Below, one piece after another: positions 1-7,715 of a stretch of DNA of 32,000 bases. This DNA is from Delftia acidovorans NBRC 14950 (GTDB lineage Bacteria; Pseudomonadota; Gammaproteobacteria; Burkholderiales; Burkholderiaceae_C). The number at the start of each line of letters is the position of its first letter. Position 1 is the first letter of the stretch. The stretch lies in assembly GCF_001598795.1 (NCBI RefSeq), contig NZ_BCZP01000016.1:118598-150597 (forward strand), in the 5' to 3' direction. A program made the position numbers and the translations under genes. The notes beneath the pieces are model-generated. The model saw only the letters and a program-made list of their open reading frames with translations. It searched no databases and was not told the DNA's origin.

Positions 1-864
1 GCTGGCCACGGCCAGGCCCAGGATCACGAAGTTCAGCGCCGCCAGCGGCAGGCCTATGCGCCAGCCCAGCTCGGCGCGGTAGATGGGTTCGGTGCGCGGC
101 AGCAGCTCATGCGTGTAGGTGCTGCGAGCGGCCATTTCCTCGGCAGCGGCCAGATTGTTGCCGCCGCCGAGCTGCGTGCCGTATTCCTTGAACTCGCTGA
201 TCTTCACCGAGCCGTCGCTGGTCTGCGTTTCCATGCGCTGGCCGTCGGTCAGCACGGCCATGCGTTCGCCCTTGACCACTTCCAGCCGCGCCCCGCGCGC
301 CGAGGTCACGGACTCGCGCCCGCGCTCATTGGCCACGATGAACACATTGTTGGCTGCGGTGGCGCTGGGTACGTCCTTGTCGATGAAGAACACGCGCGAG
401 CCGCCCGCAGACTCCTGGAACTCGCCGGGGGCGATGCGGTCAATGTCGCTGCGCTGCTCGAACTGGGTCTTGATCTGCTCGATCTGCTGATTGGCCCAGG
501 GCAGGATGCCCAGGCCCAGCACGGCGATCACGGCAAGCACCGGCCAAGCAAAGCGCAGCAGCGGGCGCAGCAGGCTGGCCAGTCCCTGGCCTGCGGCGAA
601 CCAGATCACCATCTCGCTGTCGCGGTACATGCGCGACAGCGAGCCGACCACGGCCACGAAAAGCCCCAGGCCCAAAATCGTGGGCAACTGGCCAAGCACC
701 GTATAGCCCATGACCAGCAGAACGTCGGAAGGGCTGACATTGCCCTTGTAAGCCTGGCCCAGCGTGCGGATCAGCATCATGGTCATGACGACCGTGATCA
801 GCACCACGACCGTGGCACCGAAGCTGCGGGCCAGCTCTTTGCGTATGGATGAATCGAATAACAT
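1..864 (-). CDS. lptF: LPS export ABC transporter permease LptF, N-terminal part (gene continues beyond the window start)
   Basis: My reverse-complement translation from the ATG at 864 gives MLFDSSIRKELARSFGATVVVLITVVMTMMLIRTLGQA..., with TM segments typical of YjgP/YjgQ permeases. It is divergent from pepA-holC, as in E. coli. The ORF track misses it because it runs off the edge. Confidence 0.85.
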   Translation of the reverse strand, partial: MLFDSSIRKELARSFGATVVVLITVVMTMMLIRTLGQAYKGNVSPSDVLLVMGYTVLGQLPTILGLGLFVAVVGSLSRMYRDSEMVIWFAAGQGLASLLRPLLRFAWPVLAVIAVLGLGILPWANQQIEQIKTQFEQRSDIDRIAPGEFQESAGGSRVFFIDKDVPSATAANNVFIVANERGRESVTSARGARLEVVKGERMAVLTDGQRMETQTSDGSVKISEFKEYGTQLGGGNNLAAAEEMAARSTYTHELLPRTEPIYRAELGWRIGLPLAALNFVILGLAVAS

Positions 865-887
865 TGGCTGAAAGGAAAACGCCGATT

Positions 888-2465
888 ATGAACTTTGAAC
901 TGAAGCCGTTGACGACTGCCGCAGCAGTACGTGAAAAGTGTGACCTGTTGTTGGTGCTGGTGACCGAAGCCACGGTCACGGGCAGCGACGCGCTGTCCAC
1001 CCTGGTCGCACACGCGGTCAAGGCCGGAGATTTCGAAACGGCAGCCGGCAAGCAGCTGGCACTGTACGGCCTGCCAGCCGTTGCTGCACGCCGCGTCGTG
1101 CTGCTGGGTGCGGGCAACGGCTCGGCACGGGAAGTGCGCCAGGCCGTGGCCGGCGCAGGTGCCGCGCTCAAGGCGACCGGTGTTGGCAAGGCCTTGCTGT
1201 GCTTTGGCTTCGATGCGGCAGGTCCTGCCGTTGCTGCCGCCGTTCTGGCGGCGGCCGATGCCTGCTACAGCTATACCCACACCAAGCCGCAGGCCAAGCC
1301 TGTGGCGCTCAAGAAGCTGGTGATTGCCGCAGCCGTCAAGGCGGGCGACAAGAATGGCGTTGCCGACGCTTTCAAGACCGCCGTGGCCCAGGCCGAAGGC
1401 ATGACCCTGGCACGCGAATGGGCCAATCGCCCCGCCAACCACGCCACCCCCACCTTGCTGGCTGACGCGGCCCGCGCCCTGGCCAAGCTGCCCGGCATCA
1501 GCTGCAAAATCCACGGCCCCGCCGAAGTCGCCAAGCTCGGCATGGGCGCTTTCATGGCCGTGGCCCAGGGATCGGAGCAGCCGCTGCGCTTCATCGAACT
1601 GCACTACAACGGCGGCACCAAGGGCGCCGCGCCCGTGGTGCTGGTCGGCAAGGGCATCACTTTCGATACCGGCGGCATCTCTCTCAAGCCTGCCGCTGAA
1701 ATGGACGAGATGAAGTTCGACATGGGCGGCGCCGCCAGCGTGCTGGGCGTGTTCCATGCGCTGGCTCGGCTGCAGCCGGCCGTCAATGTCGTCGGCCTCA
1801 TTCCAGCGTCCGAGAACATGCCCGGCGGCGCTGCCGTCAAGCCGGGCGACGTGGTCACCAGCATGAGCGGTCAGACCATAGAAATCCTCAACACCGATGC
1901 CGAAGGCCGTCTCGTGCTCTGCGATGCGCTGACCTACGCCGCCCGCTTCAAGCCCCGCGCCATGGTGGACATCGCCACGCTGACCGGTGCCTGCGTCATC
2001 GCCCTGGGCGGGCTGCGCAGCGGCATGTTCTCGCCCAGCGACGAACTGGCCCGCGCGCTGGAGCAGGCCGGAGATGCGGCACTGGACCCCTGCTGGCGCA
2101 TGCCGCTGGACGAGGAGTACGGCGAAGGCCTCAAGAGCAATTTTGCCGACATGGGCAATGTGGCTGGCCGCGCGGGTGGCGCAGTCACGGCAGCCAAGTT
2201 CCTGCAGCGCTTTGTGGGCGACATTCCCTGGGCCCATCTGGACATCGCCGGCACGGCCTGGAAGAGCGGCGCCGCCAAGGGCGGTACCGGCCGCCCCGTG
2301 GGCCTGCTGCTGCACTATCTGCTGGCCGGCATCGATGCTGGCAAGGCGCAGGCCAAGGCTGCTGCACCCCATAAAGCTGCTGCACCCAAGAAGCCTGTGC
2401 CACCCAAGGCAGGATCTGCCAGCCGCCGCAAGGCGGCAGTTGCAGCTCAGCCGGAGCAGGCATGA
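888..2465 (+). CDS. pepA: Leucyl aminopeptidase (M17 family) with a Lys/Ala/Pro-rich C-terminal extension
   Basis: M17 signature NTDAEGRL plus VGKGITFDTGGISLKP. The preferred start is MNFELKPL at 888, preceded by AGGAA. The track start at 849 would overlap lptF. Confidence 0.93.
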   Translation: MNFELKPLTTAAAVREKCDLLLVLVTEATVTGSDALSTLVAHAVKAGDFETAAGKQLALYGLPAVAARRVVLLGAGNGSAREVRQAVAGAGAALKATGVGKALLCFGFDAAGPAVAAAVLAAADACYSYTHTKPQAKPVALKKLVIAAAVKAGDKNGVADAFKTAVAQAEGMTLAREWANRPANHATPTLLADAARALAKLPGISCKIHGPAEVAKLGMGAFMAVAQGSEQPLRFIELHYNGGTKGAAPVVLVGKGITFDTGGISLKPAAEMDEMKFDMGGAASVLGVFHALARLQPAVNVVGLIPASENMPGGAAVKPGDVVTSMSGQTIEILNTDAEGRLVLCDALTYAARFKPRAMVDIATLTGACVIALGGLRSGMFSPSDELARALEQAGDAALDPCWRMPLDEEYGEGLKSNFADMGNVAGRAGGAVTAAKFLQRFVGDIPWAHLDIAGTAWKSGAAKGGTGRPVGLLLHYLLAGIDAGKAQAKAAAPHKAAAPKKPVPPKAGSASRRKAAVAAQPEQA

Positions 2466-2510
2466 GCGCATCGTCCCCGTCAGCCCGGGCCTGTTTGAAG
2501 GGAGCATCGC

Positions 2511-2942
2511 TTGACTGAAGTGGCGTTCCATTTCAACGCGCCCGACAAGCTGGCCTATGTCTGCCGCCTGGCGCGCAAGGCACTCAGGCACCGCACGCAA
2601 CTGGTGGTGCTGGGCTCGCCGCCGCTGCTCAAGGCCTTGTCGCCCAGGCTGTGGAGTGTCTCGCCCACCGACTTCCTGGCACATGCCGGCGAAGGCGATG
2701 GGGCAGACATCATGACCTTCTCGCCCATCGTTCTGCTGGAGCGGCTGGACGGCGCGCCGCACCACGACATGCTGGTCAACCTGGGCGGCGAAGTGCCCGA
2801 AGGATTCGAGCGCTTTGCGCGTGTCGTCGAAGTGGTTTCCGCCACCGACGAGGAAGACCGCCACCTGGCCCGGCAGCGCTGGAAGCACTATGCGGCCCAG
2901 GGTATTTCCATCAAGCGCCATGACCTGGTCCTCAAGGAGTAA
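2511..2942 (+). CDS. holC: DNA polymerase III chi subunit
   Basis: 143 aa, N-terminus MTEVAFHFNAPDKLAYVCRLARKAL, located directly after pepA (the conserved pepA-holC pairing). TTG start. Confidence 0.85.
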   Translation: MTEVAFHFNAPDKLAYVCRLARKALRHRTQLVVLGSPPLLKALSPRLWSVSPTDFLAHAGEGDGADIMTFSPIVLLERLDGAPHHDMLVNLGGEVPEGFERFARVVEVVSATDEEDRHLARQRWKHYAAQGISIKRHDLVLKE

Positions 2943-2945
2943 GCC

Positions 2946-3749
2946 ATGAGCGCTCCTCCCTCCAAAACCCCACCGCGCTTTGTTCCCACGCTCACCGATG
3001 TCGTTGCGGTGGATGCGGCTCAGGCGGTCGAGCCCCTGGCACACCCCGTGTCCGAACTGCCGCTGGCGGACGAAGCGACGCCCTGGGCCAGCGAAGGCAT
3101 GCTGGCGCCTCGGCGTGGCGTGGTCGCCCTGCCTGCGTCCCTGCCGCCGCTGCCGCAGGACCTGGAGCCCCAGCGGCCCATGGTCGCCGAGCAGGCTGCA
3201 CCCGAGGAAATCCCGACACCTGCAATGCAGCCCGTGCTCTCGGACTATCAGCCGCCCAGTGCCCCGTCCGTGGAAATGCAATTGGCCCAGGAAAGCCGTC
3301 TGGCCGAAATGGCTGATGTGACTGATGCGGCAGGTGCGGCAGATGTGGCTTCAGCGGGCGACGCGGCACCGGTCGGGGAAGTGGTCCCTGCCGACCTGGT
3401 GGTCCCGGTGGTGCAGGCTGTCGTGGCAGAGGTGGCTGCCGCGCCGACGCCGGCTTCCCCCGCCATGCCGGCCGCCCCCACCATGGAGTCCATCTGGGAC
3501 AGTCATGCGCAGCAGGTCACCGAGGAATATCTGGTCCATCGCCTCATGCAGCGTGTGGACCTGGTGCTGGACCAGCGCCTGCGCGACGCCATTGCCACCG
3601 TGGTTCAGCAGCAGACACGGTCCATCGTCGTGCGTCTGCGCGAGGAGGTGGAATCCGTCGTGCGCCAGGCTGTCTATGAGGCGGTGGCCGATGAACTGGC
3701 CTTTCGCGCCACGGCCGCACGTGGCGACTCCGGCCAGGGCGGCCGTTGA
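2946..3749 (+). CDS. Hypothetical acidic Pro/Ala-rich protein with a predicted helical C-terminal region
   Basis: The ATG lies 3 nt after the holC stop, with AAGGAG inside the holC 3' end. High GC3. The centre is low-complexity and the C-terminal 80 aa are non-repetitive (EEYLVHRLMQRVDLVLDQRLRDAIATVVQQQ...). No family recognised. Confidence 0.6.
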   Translation: MSAPPSKTPPRFVPTLTDVVAVDAAQAVEPLAHPVSELPLADEATPWASEGMLAPRRGVVALPASLPPLPQDLEPQRPMVAEQAAPEEIPTPAMQPVLSDYQPPSAPSVEMQLAQESRLAEMADVTDAAGAADVASAGDAAPVGEVVPADLVVPVVQAVVAEVAAAPTPASPAMPAAPTMESIWDSHAQQVTEEYLVHRLMQRVDLVLDQRLRDAIATVVQQQTRSIVVRLREEVESVVRQAVYEAVADELAFRATAARGDSGQGGR

Positions 3750-3795
3750 GTGCAGGGCAAGGGCGGGTGGCGCAAGCCCCCGCCTGATCCGGTCG

Positions 3796-4830
3796 TCAGC
3801 CTGCGCGGGCCGGGCCTGAGAACACCTCGGGATTGAGGATGTTGCTGGGCTGCCCCGCAACGAAGTTCACCACATTGTCGAAGGCAGCGCGAAAGTACAG
3901 CTCGTAGCTGTCCTGCTCCACGTAGCCGATGTGCGGCGTGCAGATGCAGTTCTCCAGCCGCAGCAGCGCATGGCCCTGGAGAATGGGCTCGCTCTCGAAC
4001 ACGTCCACGGCCGCCAGGCCCGGCCGGCCTCGGTTGAGCGCACCCAGCAGGGCATCGGCCTCCACCAGCTCCGCGCGCGAGGTGTTCACGAACAGGGCGG
4101 TAGGCTTCATGCGTGCCAGATCCTGCGCCGTGACGATGCCGCGTGTGGCCTCATGCAGTCGCAGATGCATGGACAGCACGTCGGATTCGGTAAAGAAAGC
4201 CTCGCGCGATTCCGCCGCCGTAAAGCCATCGGCCTGCGCCTTCTGGCGCGAGCTTTCGCTGCCCCAGACCAGAACCTGCATGCCGAAGGCATGGCCGTAG
4301 TGCGCGACCAGCCGTCCAATGCGGCCGTAGCCCCAGATGCCCAGCGTGCGCCCGTGCAACACGCTGCCCAGTCCGAAATTCGCAGGCATGGACGCAGCCT
4401 TGAAGCCCGATTGCTGCCAGGCGCCGTGCTTGAGGTTGGCGATGTACTGCGGCAGCCGCCGCGTGGCCGCCATGATCAGCGACCAGGTCAGCTCTGCCGG
4501 CGCAATGGGCGAACCCACGCCCTCGGCAATCGCAACGCCCTGGTCGGTACAGGCCTGCACATCGATATGGGCGCCGGCCTTGCCGGTCTGCGCGATCAGC
4601 TTCAGGCGCGGAAGCTTTTCCAGCAGCTGCCGGCTGATCTGCGTGCGCTCGCGGGTCAGCACGATGATGTCCGCATCGCGCAACCGCACCGACAGCTGGC
4701 CAACGCCCTTGACGGTATTGGTGAAGACCTTGGCGTTGAAGGGCTCCAGCAGACGAGCACAGTCCAGCTTGCGTACGGCGTCCTGGTAGTCGTCAAGAAT
4801 GATGATGTTCATTGCCTGTGAATCTGTCAT
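3796..4830 (-). CDS. D-isomer-specific 2-hydroxyacid dehydrogenase family protein
   Basis: NAD-binding motif GIWGYGRIGRLVA, plus VNTSRAELV, DVFESEP and CTPHIGY (Arg/Glu/His catalytic set). The start is ATG at 4830 (MTDSQA) or 4812 (MNIIILDDY). The track extension to 5004 uses TTG through a lower-GC region. Confidence 0.85.
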   Translation of the reverse strand: MTDSQAMNIIILDDYQDAVRKLDCARLLEPFNAKVFTNTVKGVGQLSVRLRDADIIVLTRERTQISRQLLEKLPRLKLIAQTGKAGAHIDVQACTDQGVAIAEGVGSPIAPAELTWSLIMAATRRLPQYIANLKHGAWQQSGFKAASMPANFGLGSVLHGRTLGIWGYGRIGRLVAHYGHAFGMQVLVWGSESSRQKAQADGFTAAESREAFFTESDVLSMHLRLHEATRGIVTAQDLARMKPTALFVNTSRAELVEADALLGALNRGRPGLAAVDVFESEPILQGHALLRLENCICTPHIGYVEQDSYELYFRAAFDNVVNFVAGQPSNILNPEVFSGPARAG

Positions 4831-5446
4831 AAGCCTTTGATTTATCTCCAGTTTGCCGCGGAAGATGTTGTCGGCAAACACTTTAATCTGTCGTTGCGCT
4901 CTGTCTTCGGCATCGCCGGCACTTGCCTGAGCTGGGCTGCTTGAAGGTTCTATGAGACTCGCGCAGCCAAGGCCCTGAAGCCCGGCGAACACATTGTCGT
5001 TCAAGCTTGTCCCTACCTGCGGCTAGAGGCTTCGGTCAGTACCAAATCTTGGACCTGTCGTTACAGAAGCCTCGCAGATGCAAAGGCTCAAGCCGGCGAA
5101 GTGCGGCCGTTGGCCCACCATGCCAGCCGCACAGGCTGCTTCTGAATGGCAAGCTGCACCTTGCGCCGCTCGCACCGTAGCTTATCCAACGAACGCAGGC
5201 AGGTAGCCCCAGGTCGGCTCCGCGCAACCGTATCAGTGGCTTACACACTGGAACGTCTTGGCGACGACGATGTCGAGAAGGCTTGGTGGATGGCCGCCTT
5301 TTGGCGAAGTCGGTGAAGACCGGGTTGGCGGCGGTCTGAAGAGGCTGCGTGGCATTGGGAGAATGCCTGAACATGTTCCCCCGCTGGTGAGTGGCGCGAG
5401 AGGAGTCATGATTGCGCTTGATATCTGGCAGTTCCGTGCCTGGTTC

Positions 5447-5983
5447 TCATTGAGAAACTGGTTGCTGAATGGAGTGGGGTACTCCCGGTGTCACAATCAC
5501 CTTCGGCGGCTCCTGCATCAGGGGCGTATTTGAGCCGCATGCAGCATTGACACCCGTGATCGCGGCATTGGTCCGCATCCGTTTTTCGTCTTGGGAAATG
5601 GTGCGAATGCTGGAGACGAATTCCAGCTCCTTGCGCGCCTGCTTGCACTGAAGGGACGCGCCGAGCTGCTCCGGCGCAGGAGCAGTTGTCTGGTGGGCTT
5701 GCTGCTCGATGACACGCTGCTGGCTCTCGATCTGGCGCTGCTGCATTTCGTTCATCTGGCGCTGATACTTTTGTTCATTCGCCTGTGCTGCATCAGCCCG
5801 TTCACGGGAGATCTCATCGTCCGATTTTTTGCGCTGAATCAGAGCTCCAGTGTCATTGCTGCTGCAAGGACTGTCTGAGAAAGTCGACTTTCCAGAAGCA
5901 TCCTTGCATTGAAAGACCTGGGCTGCGGCAGGCAATGCGAAAAGTGCTGTAAAGATTGCTGTGGTCAAGAGTCGCATATGCAT
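5447..5983 (-). CDS. DUF4124-like secreted protein with a Gln-rich coiled-coil centre
   Basis: Signal peptide MRLLTTAIFTALFALPAAAQ followed by VFQCKDASGKSTFSDSPC, which is typical of DUF4124. Q/E/R-rich central stretch. Confidence 0.7.
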   Translation of the reverse strand: MHMRLLTTAIFTALFALPAAAQVFQCKDASGKSTFSDSPCSSNDTGALIQRKKSDDEISRERADAAQANEQKYQRQMNEMQQRQIESQQRVIEQQAHQTTAPAPEQLGASLQCKQARKELEFVSSIRTISQDEKRMRTNAAITGVNAACGSNTPLMQEPPKVIVTPGVPHSIQQPVSQ

Positions 5984-6084
5984 ATCGTTGAATTGATGGG
6001 CCTGATCGGATCCGAATTACATACGAAGAATAGTCCTTTGACCCGCATGCCCGGCAACTTTCGTCCTGGTTCGAATGGCCCGCT

Positions 6085-6288
6085 TCACTCGGCGTCTCGC
6101 AGGGCTGCGCGGCGGGCTGCTTCAGCGGTCTCCTGCGCTTGCTTCTCTGCTTGCCTGAAACGTTCTTGTGCTGTGGTCGATGTGCCGTCATGGCCGCCTG
6201 CGGCGTGCTCACCGATGTGAATGTTGGAAAGCCTTGCTGTGCCGTACAGCAAGGCTGCTGCAATGATCAGGAGCACGATGAATTTCAT
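6085..6288 (-). CDS. Small (67 aa) hypothetical protein with an N-terminal hydrophobic signal or anchor
   Basis: Internal ATG at 6288 gives MKFIVLLIIAAALLYGTARL..., followed by a charged tail. The region is lower in GC. No family recognised. Confidence 0.45.
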   Translation of the reverse strand: MKFIVLLIIAAALLYGTARLSNIHIGEHAAGGHDGTSTTAQERFRQAEKQAQETAEAARRAALRDAE

Positions 6289-6410
6289 TGTTGCATTGTG
6301 CCGCTGGTCATTTGGAGGGTACGGCCTGCGTCTGCAGAGCAATCTCACACCTCTGCCGCTTGGCAGGTCCAGAGTAAACTCGCCCCGGCAGCCAGCACTT
6401 GCTGCACGAT

Positions 6411-6460
6411 GGGAATGGAGCTTCCCGAAACCGCCCTGCGAAGGGCTGATGGCTCCTGCC
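6411..6460 (+). promoter_or_regulatory. Fluoride riboswitch (crcB RNA motif)
   Basis: GGGAAUGGAGCUUCCC-GAAACC-GCCCUGCGAAGGGC-UGAUGGCUCCUGCC. P1 is GGGA/UCCC. Loop GGAGC can pair with the downstream GCUCC as a pseudoknot. The hairpin is GCCCU-GCGA-AGGGC, followed by the conserved UGAUGG. It aligns element by element with the known Bacillus cereus and Thermotoga petrophila fluoride aptamers and sits 87 nt upstream of crcB. Confidence 0.8.
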
Positions 6461-6546
6461 TTGGTGGGATGGGTCCTGCCGGTGGCGGGGCCATGTCTTG
6501 ATCCTGCCCGGCACGCCCGTCCCGGTTATTCGATGAAAGGACGGTC

Positions 6547-6933
6547 ATGGGGTTCTACGGTTTCATTCTGGTGTTCGTTGGAGGCGGCCTGGGGTCTGCG
6601 CTCCGGCATGGCACGAACTTGCTCGCGCTGCGGCTGGTGGGCAGTGCGTATCCACTGGGTACGTTGGCGATCAATGTGCTGGGTGCCTTCGTGATGGGGG
6701 TGGTGGTGGAGTGGTTTGCGCTCAAGACATCGCTGCCGCAGAGTGCGCGGCTGTTCATCACCACTGGCATTCTGGGTGGCTTCACCACGTTTTCGACGTA
6801 CGCGCTGGAGGTCGGCATGCTGTATGAGCGTGGCGACTGGCTGGCCTCCGTGCTGTATGCGCTGGGCTCGCTGGTGCTTGGCGTGGCTGCGCTGTTTGCG
6901 GGGTTGGGGCTGGTGCGCATGGTGGCCCATTGA
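6547..6933 (+). CDS. crcB: Fluoride ion channel CrcB/FluC
   Basis: 128 aa with 4 TM segments. Motifs GGGLGSALR and GILGGFTTFSTY. Confidence 0.92.
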   Translation: MGFYGFILVFVGGGLGSALRHGTNLLALRLVGSAYPLGTLAINVLGAFVMGVVVEWFALKTSLPQSARLFITTGILGGFTTFSTYALEVGMLYERGDWLASVLYALGSLVLGVAALFAGLGLVRMVAH

Positions 6934-7041
6934 GACACCGTGATTGCGCTATGCTGTGCGCCATGGCCCGCCTGAACGCAACGCAGATTACTCGCACCAT
7001 CCATTGGATGGTGGGTTAGCCAGCGGCCTTCAGCGCCATGC

Positions 7042-7067
7042 AACCCGCCCAGAGGAGGCGGGTTTTT
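7042..7067 (+). terminator. Rho-independent terminator after crcB
   Basis: AACCCGCC-cagagga-GGCGGGTT followed by TTT. Confidence 0.7.
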
Positions 7068-7110
7068 CATTCCGTCTCCGGGGTTTTCTCAAGCCTTTCA
7101 GGAGATGGAT

Positions 7111-7668
7111 ATGCAGGTTTCCGAACAGTCCCAGCCCCGTTGCGCAGAATATACCGATGCCCCTGCCGCCAACGCGCGGCTTGCCACGCTGCACATGGTC
7201 TGCGGCAAGATCGGCTCGGGCAAGTCAACGCTGGCGCGGCAATTGGCGGCCGGGCCCGGAACGGTTTTGGTCAGCGAGGATTCCTGGCTGGCCGGCCTGT
7301 ACCCCGGCGAGATGCAGTCGGTGGCCGATTACGTGCGTTGCAGCACGCGGCTCAAGGGGTTGATGGGGGCGCATGTACAGGCGCTGCTGGACGCTGGCGT
7401 GTCGGTGGTGCTGGATTTTCCGGCCAATACCCTGGAGGGGCGGGGCTGGGCGCGCAGCGTGTTCGAGAAAGTGGGCGCCTCGCACCGTCTGCATTTTCTG
7501 AATGTGCCTGACGAGGTCTGCAAGCAGCGCTTGCGTGTGCGCAATGCGGCAGGCGAGCATCCGTTTCAGGCCAGTGATGAGCAATTCGACCTGATCACGG
7601 GCTACTTTGTCGCGCCCTCCGACGAGGAGGGCTTCAACGTGGTGCATCACCCGTATGCGCCGCTCTGA
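7111..7668 (+). CDS. P-loop NTPase/kinase-fold ATP-binding protein (AAA_33-like)
   Basis: Walker A motif CGKIGSGKSTLA and an hhhhD motif VVLDFP. The GGAG at 7101-7104 favours the ATG at 7111 over the one at 7105. Confidence 0.75.
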   Translation: MQVSEQSQPRCAEYTDAPAANARLATLHMVCGKIGSGKSTLARQLAAGPGTVLVSEDSWLAGLYPGEMQSVADYVRCSTRLKGLMGAHVQALLDAGVSVVLDFPANTLEGRGWARSVFEKVGASHRLHFLNVPDEVCKQRLRVRNAAGEHPFQASDEQFDLITGYFVAPSDEEGFNVVHHPYAPL

Positions 7669-7715
7669 AGTGCCGGTCTGGACGAGAGACTTCGCCACGG
7701 CCCCATCCCATCATC

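Noticed and set aside
798-3281. 827-aa ORF antisense to pepA and holC
   Set aside because: It lies opposite genes with unmistakable family motifs. The product is Arg/Gly/Ala/His-rich with no domain signature. This is a typical shadow ORF of high-GC DNA.
4831-5004. N-terminal extensions offered by the ORF track (here the dehydrogenase; likewise adk to 12620, xseA from 16299, sodB from 17920, MFS to 22692, lyase to 24252, Bug genes to 25268 and 26356, pepA from 849)
   Set aside because: The extensions start at non-ATG or poorly placed codons, lack ribosome-binding sites, run through lower-GC promoter-like DNA, and precede canonical family N-termini or signal peptides that begin at internal ATGs with good ribosome-binding sites.
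5036-5374. 112-aa ORF in the ORF-poor part of the low-GC islet, considered as a possible recombinase or transposase remnant
   Set aside because: I tried all frames and recognised no integrase or transposase motif (no R..H..R..Y context, no DDE segments). The product is Arg-rich and implausible. I left the region as non-coding pending BLASTX.
6062-6090. tRNA T-arm-like string CCTGGTTCGAATGG, considered as a tRNA gene or an att-site fragment at the islet
   Set aside because: The flanking bases cannot form the T-stem (CCTGG versus GGCCC) and no acceptor, D or anticodon arms can be drawn. It also overlaps the 3' end of the small CDS. Probably a chance match.
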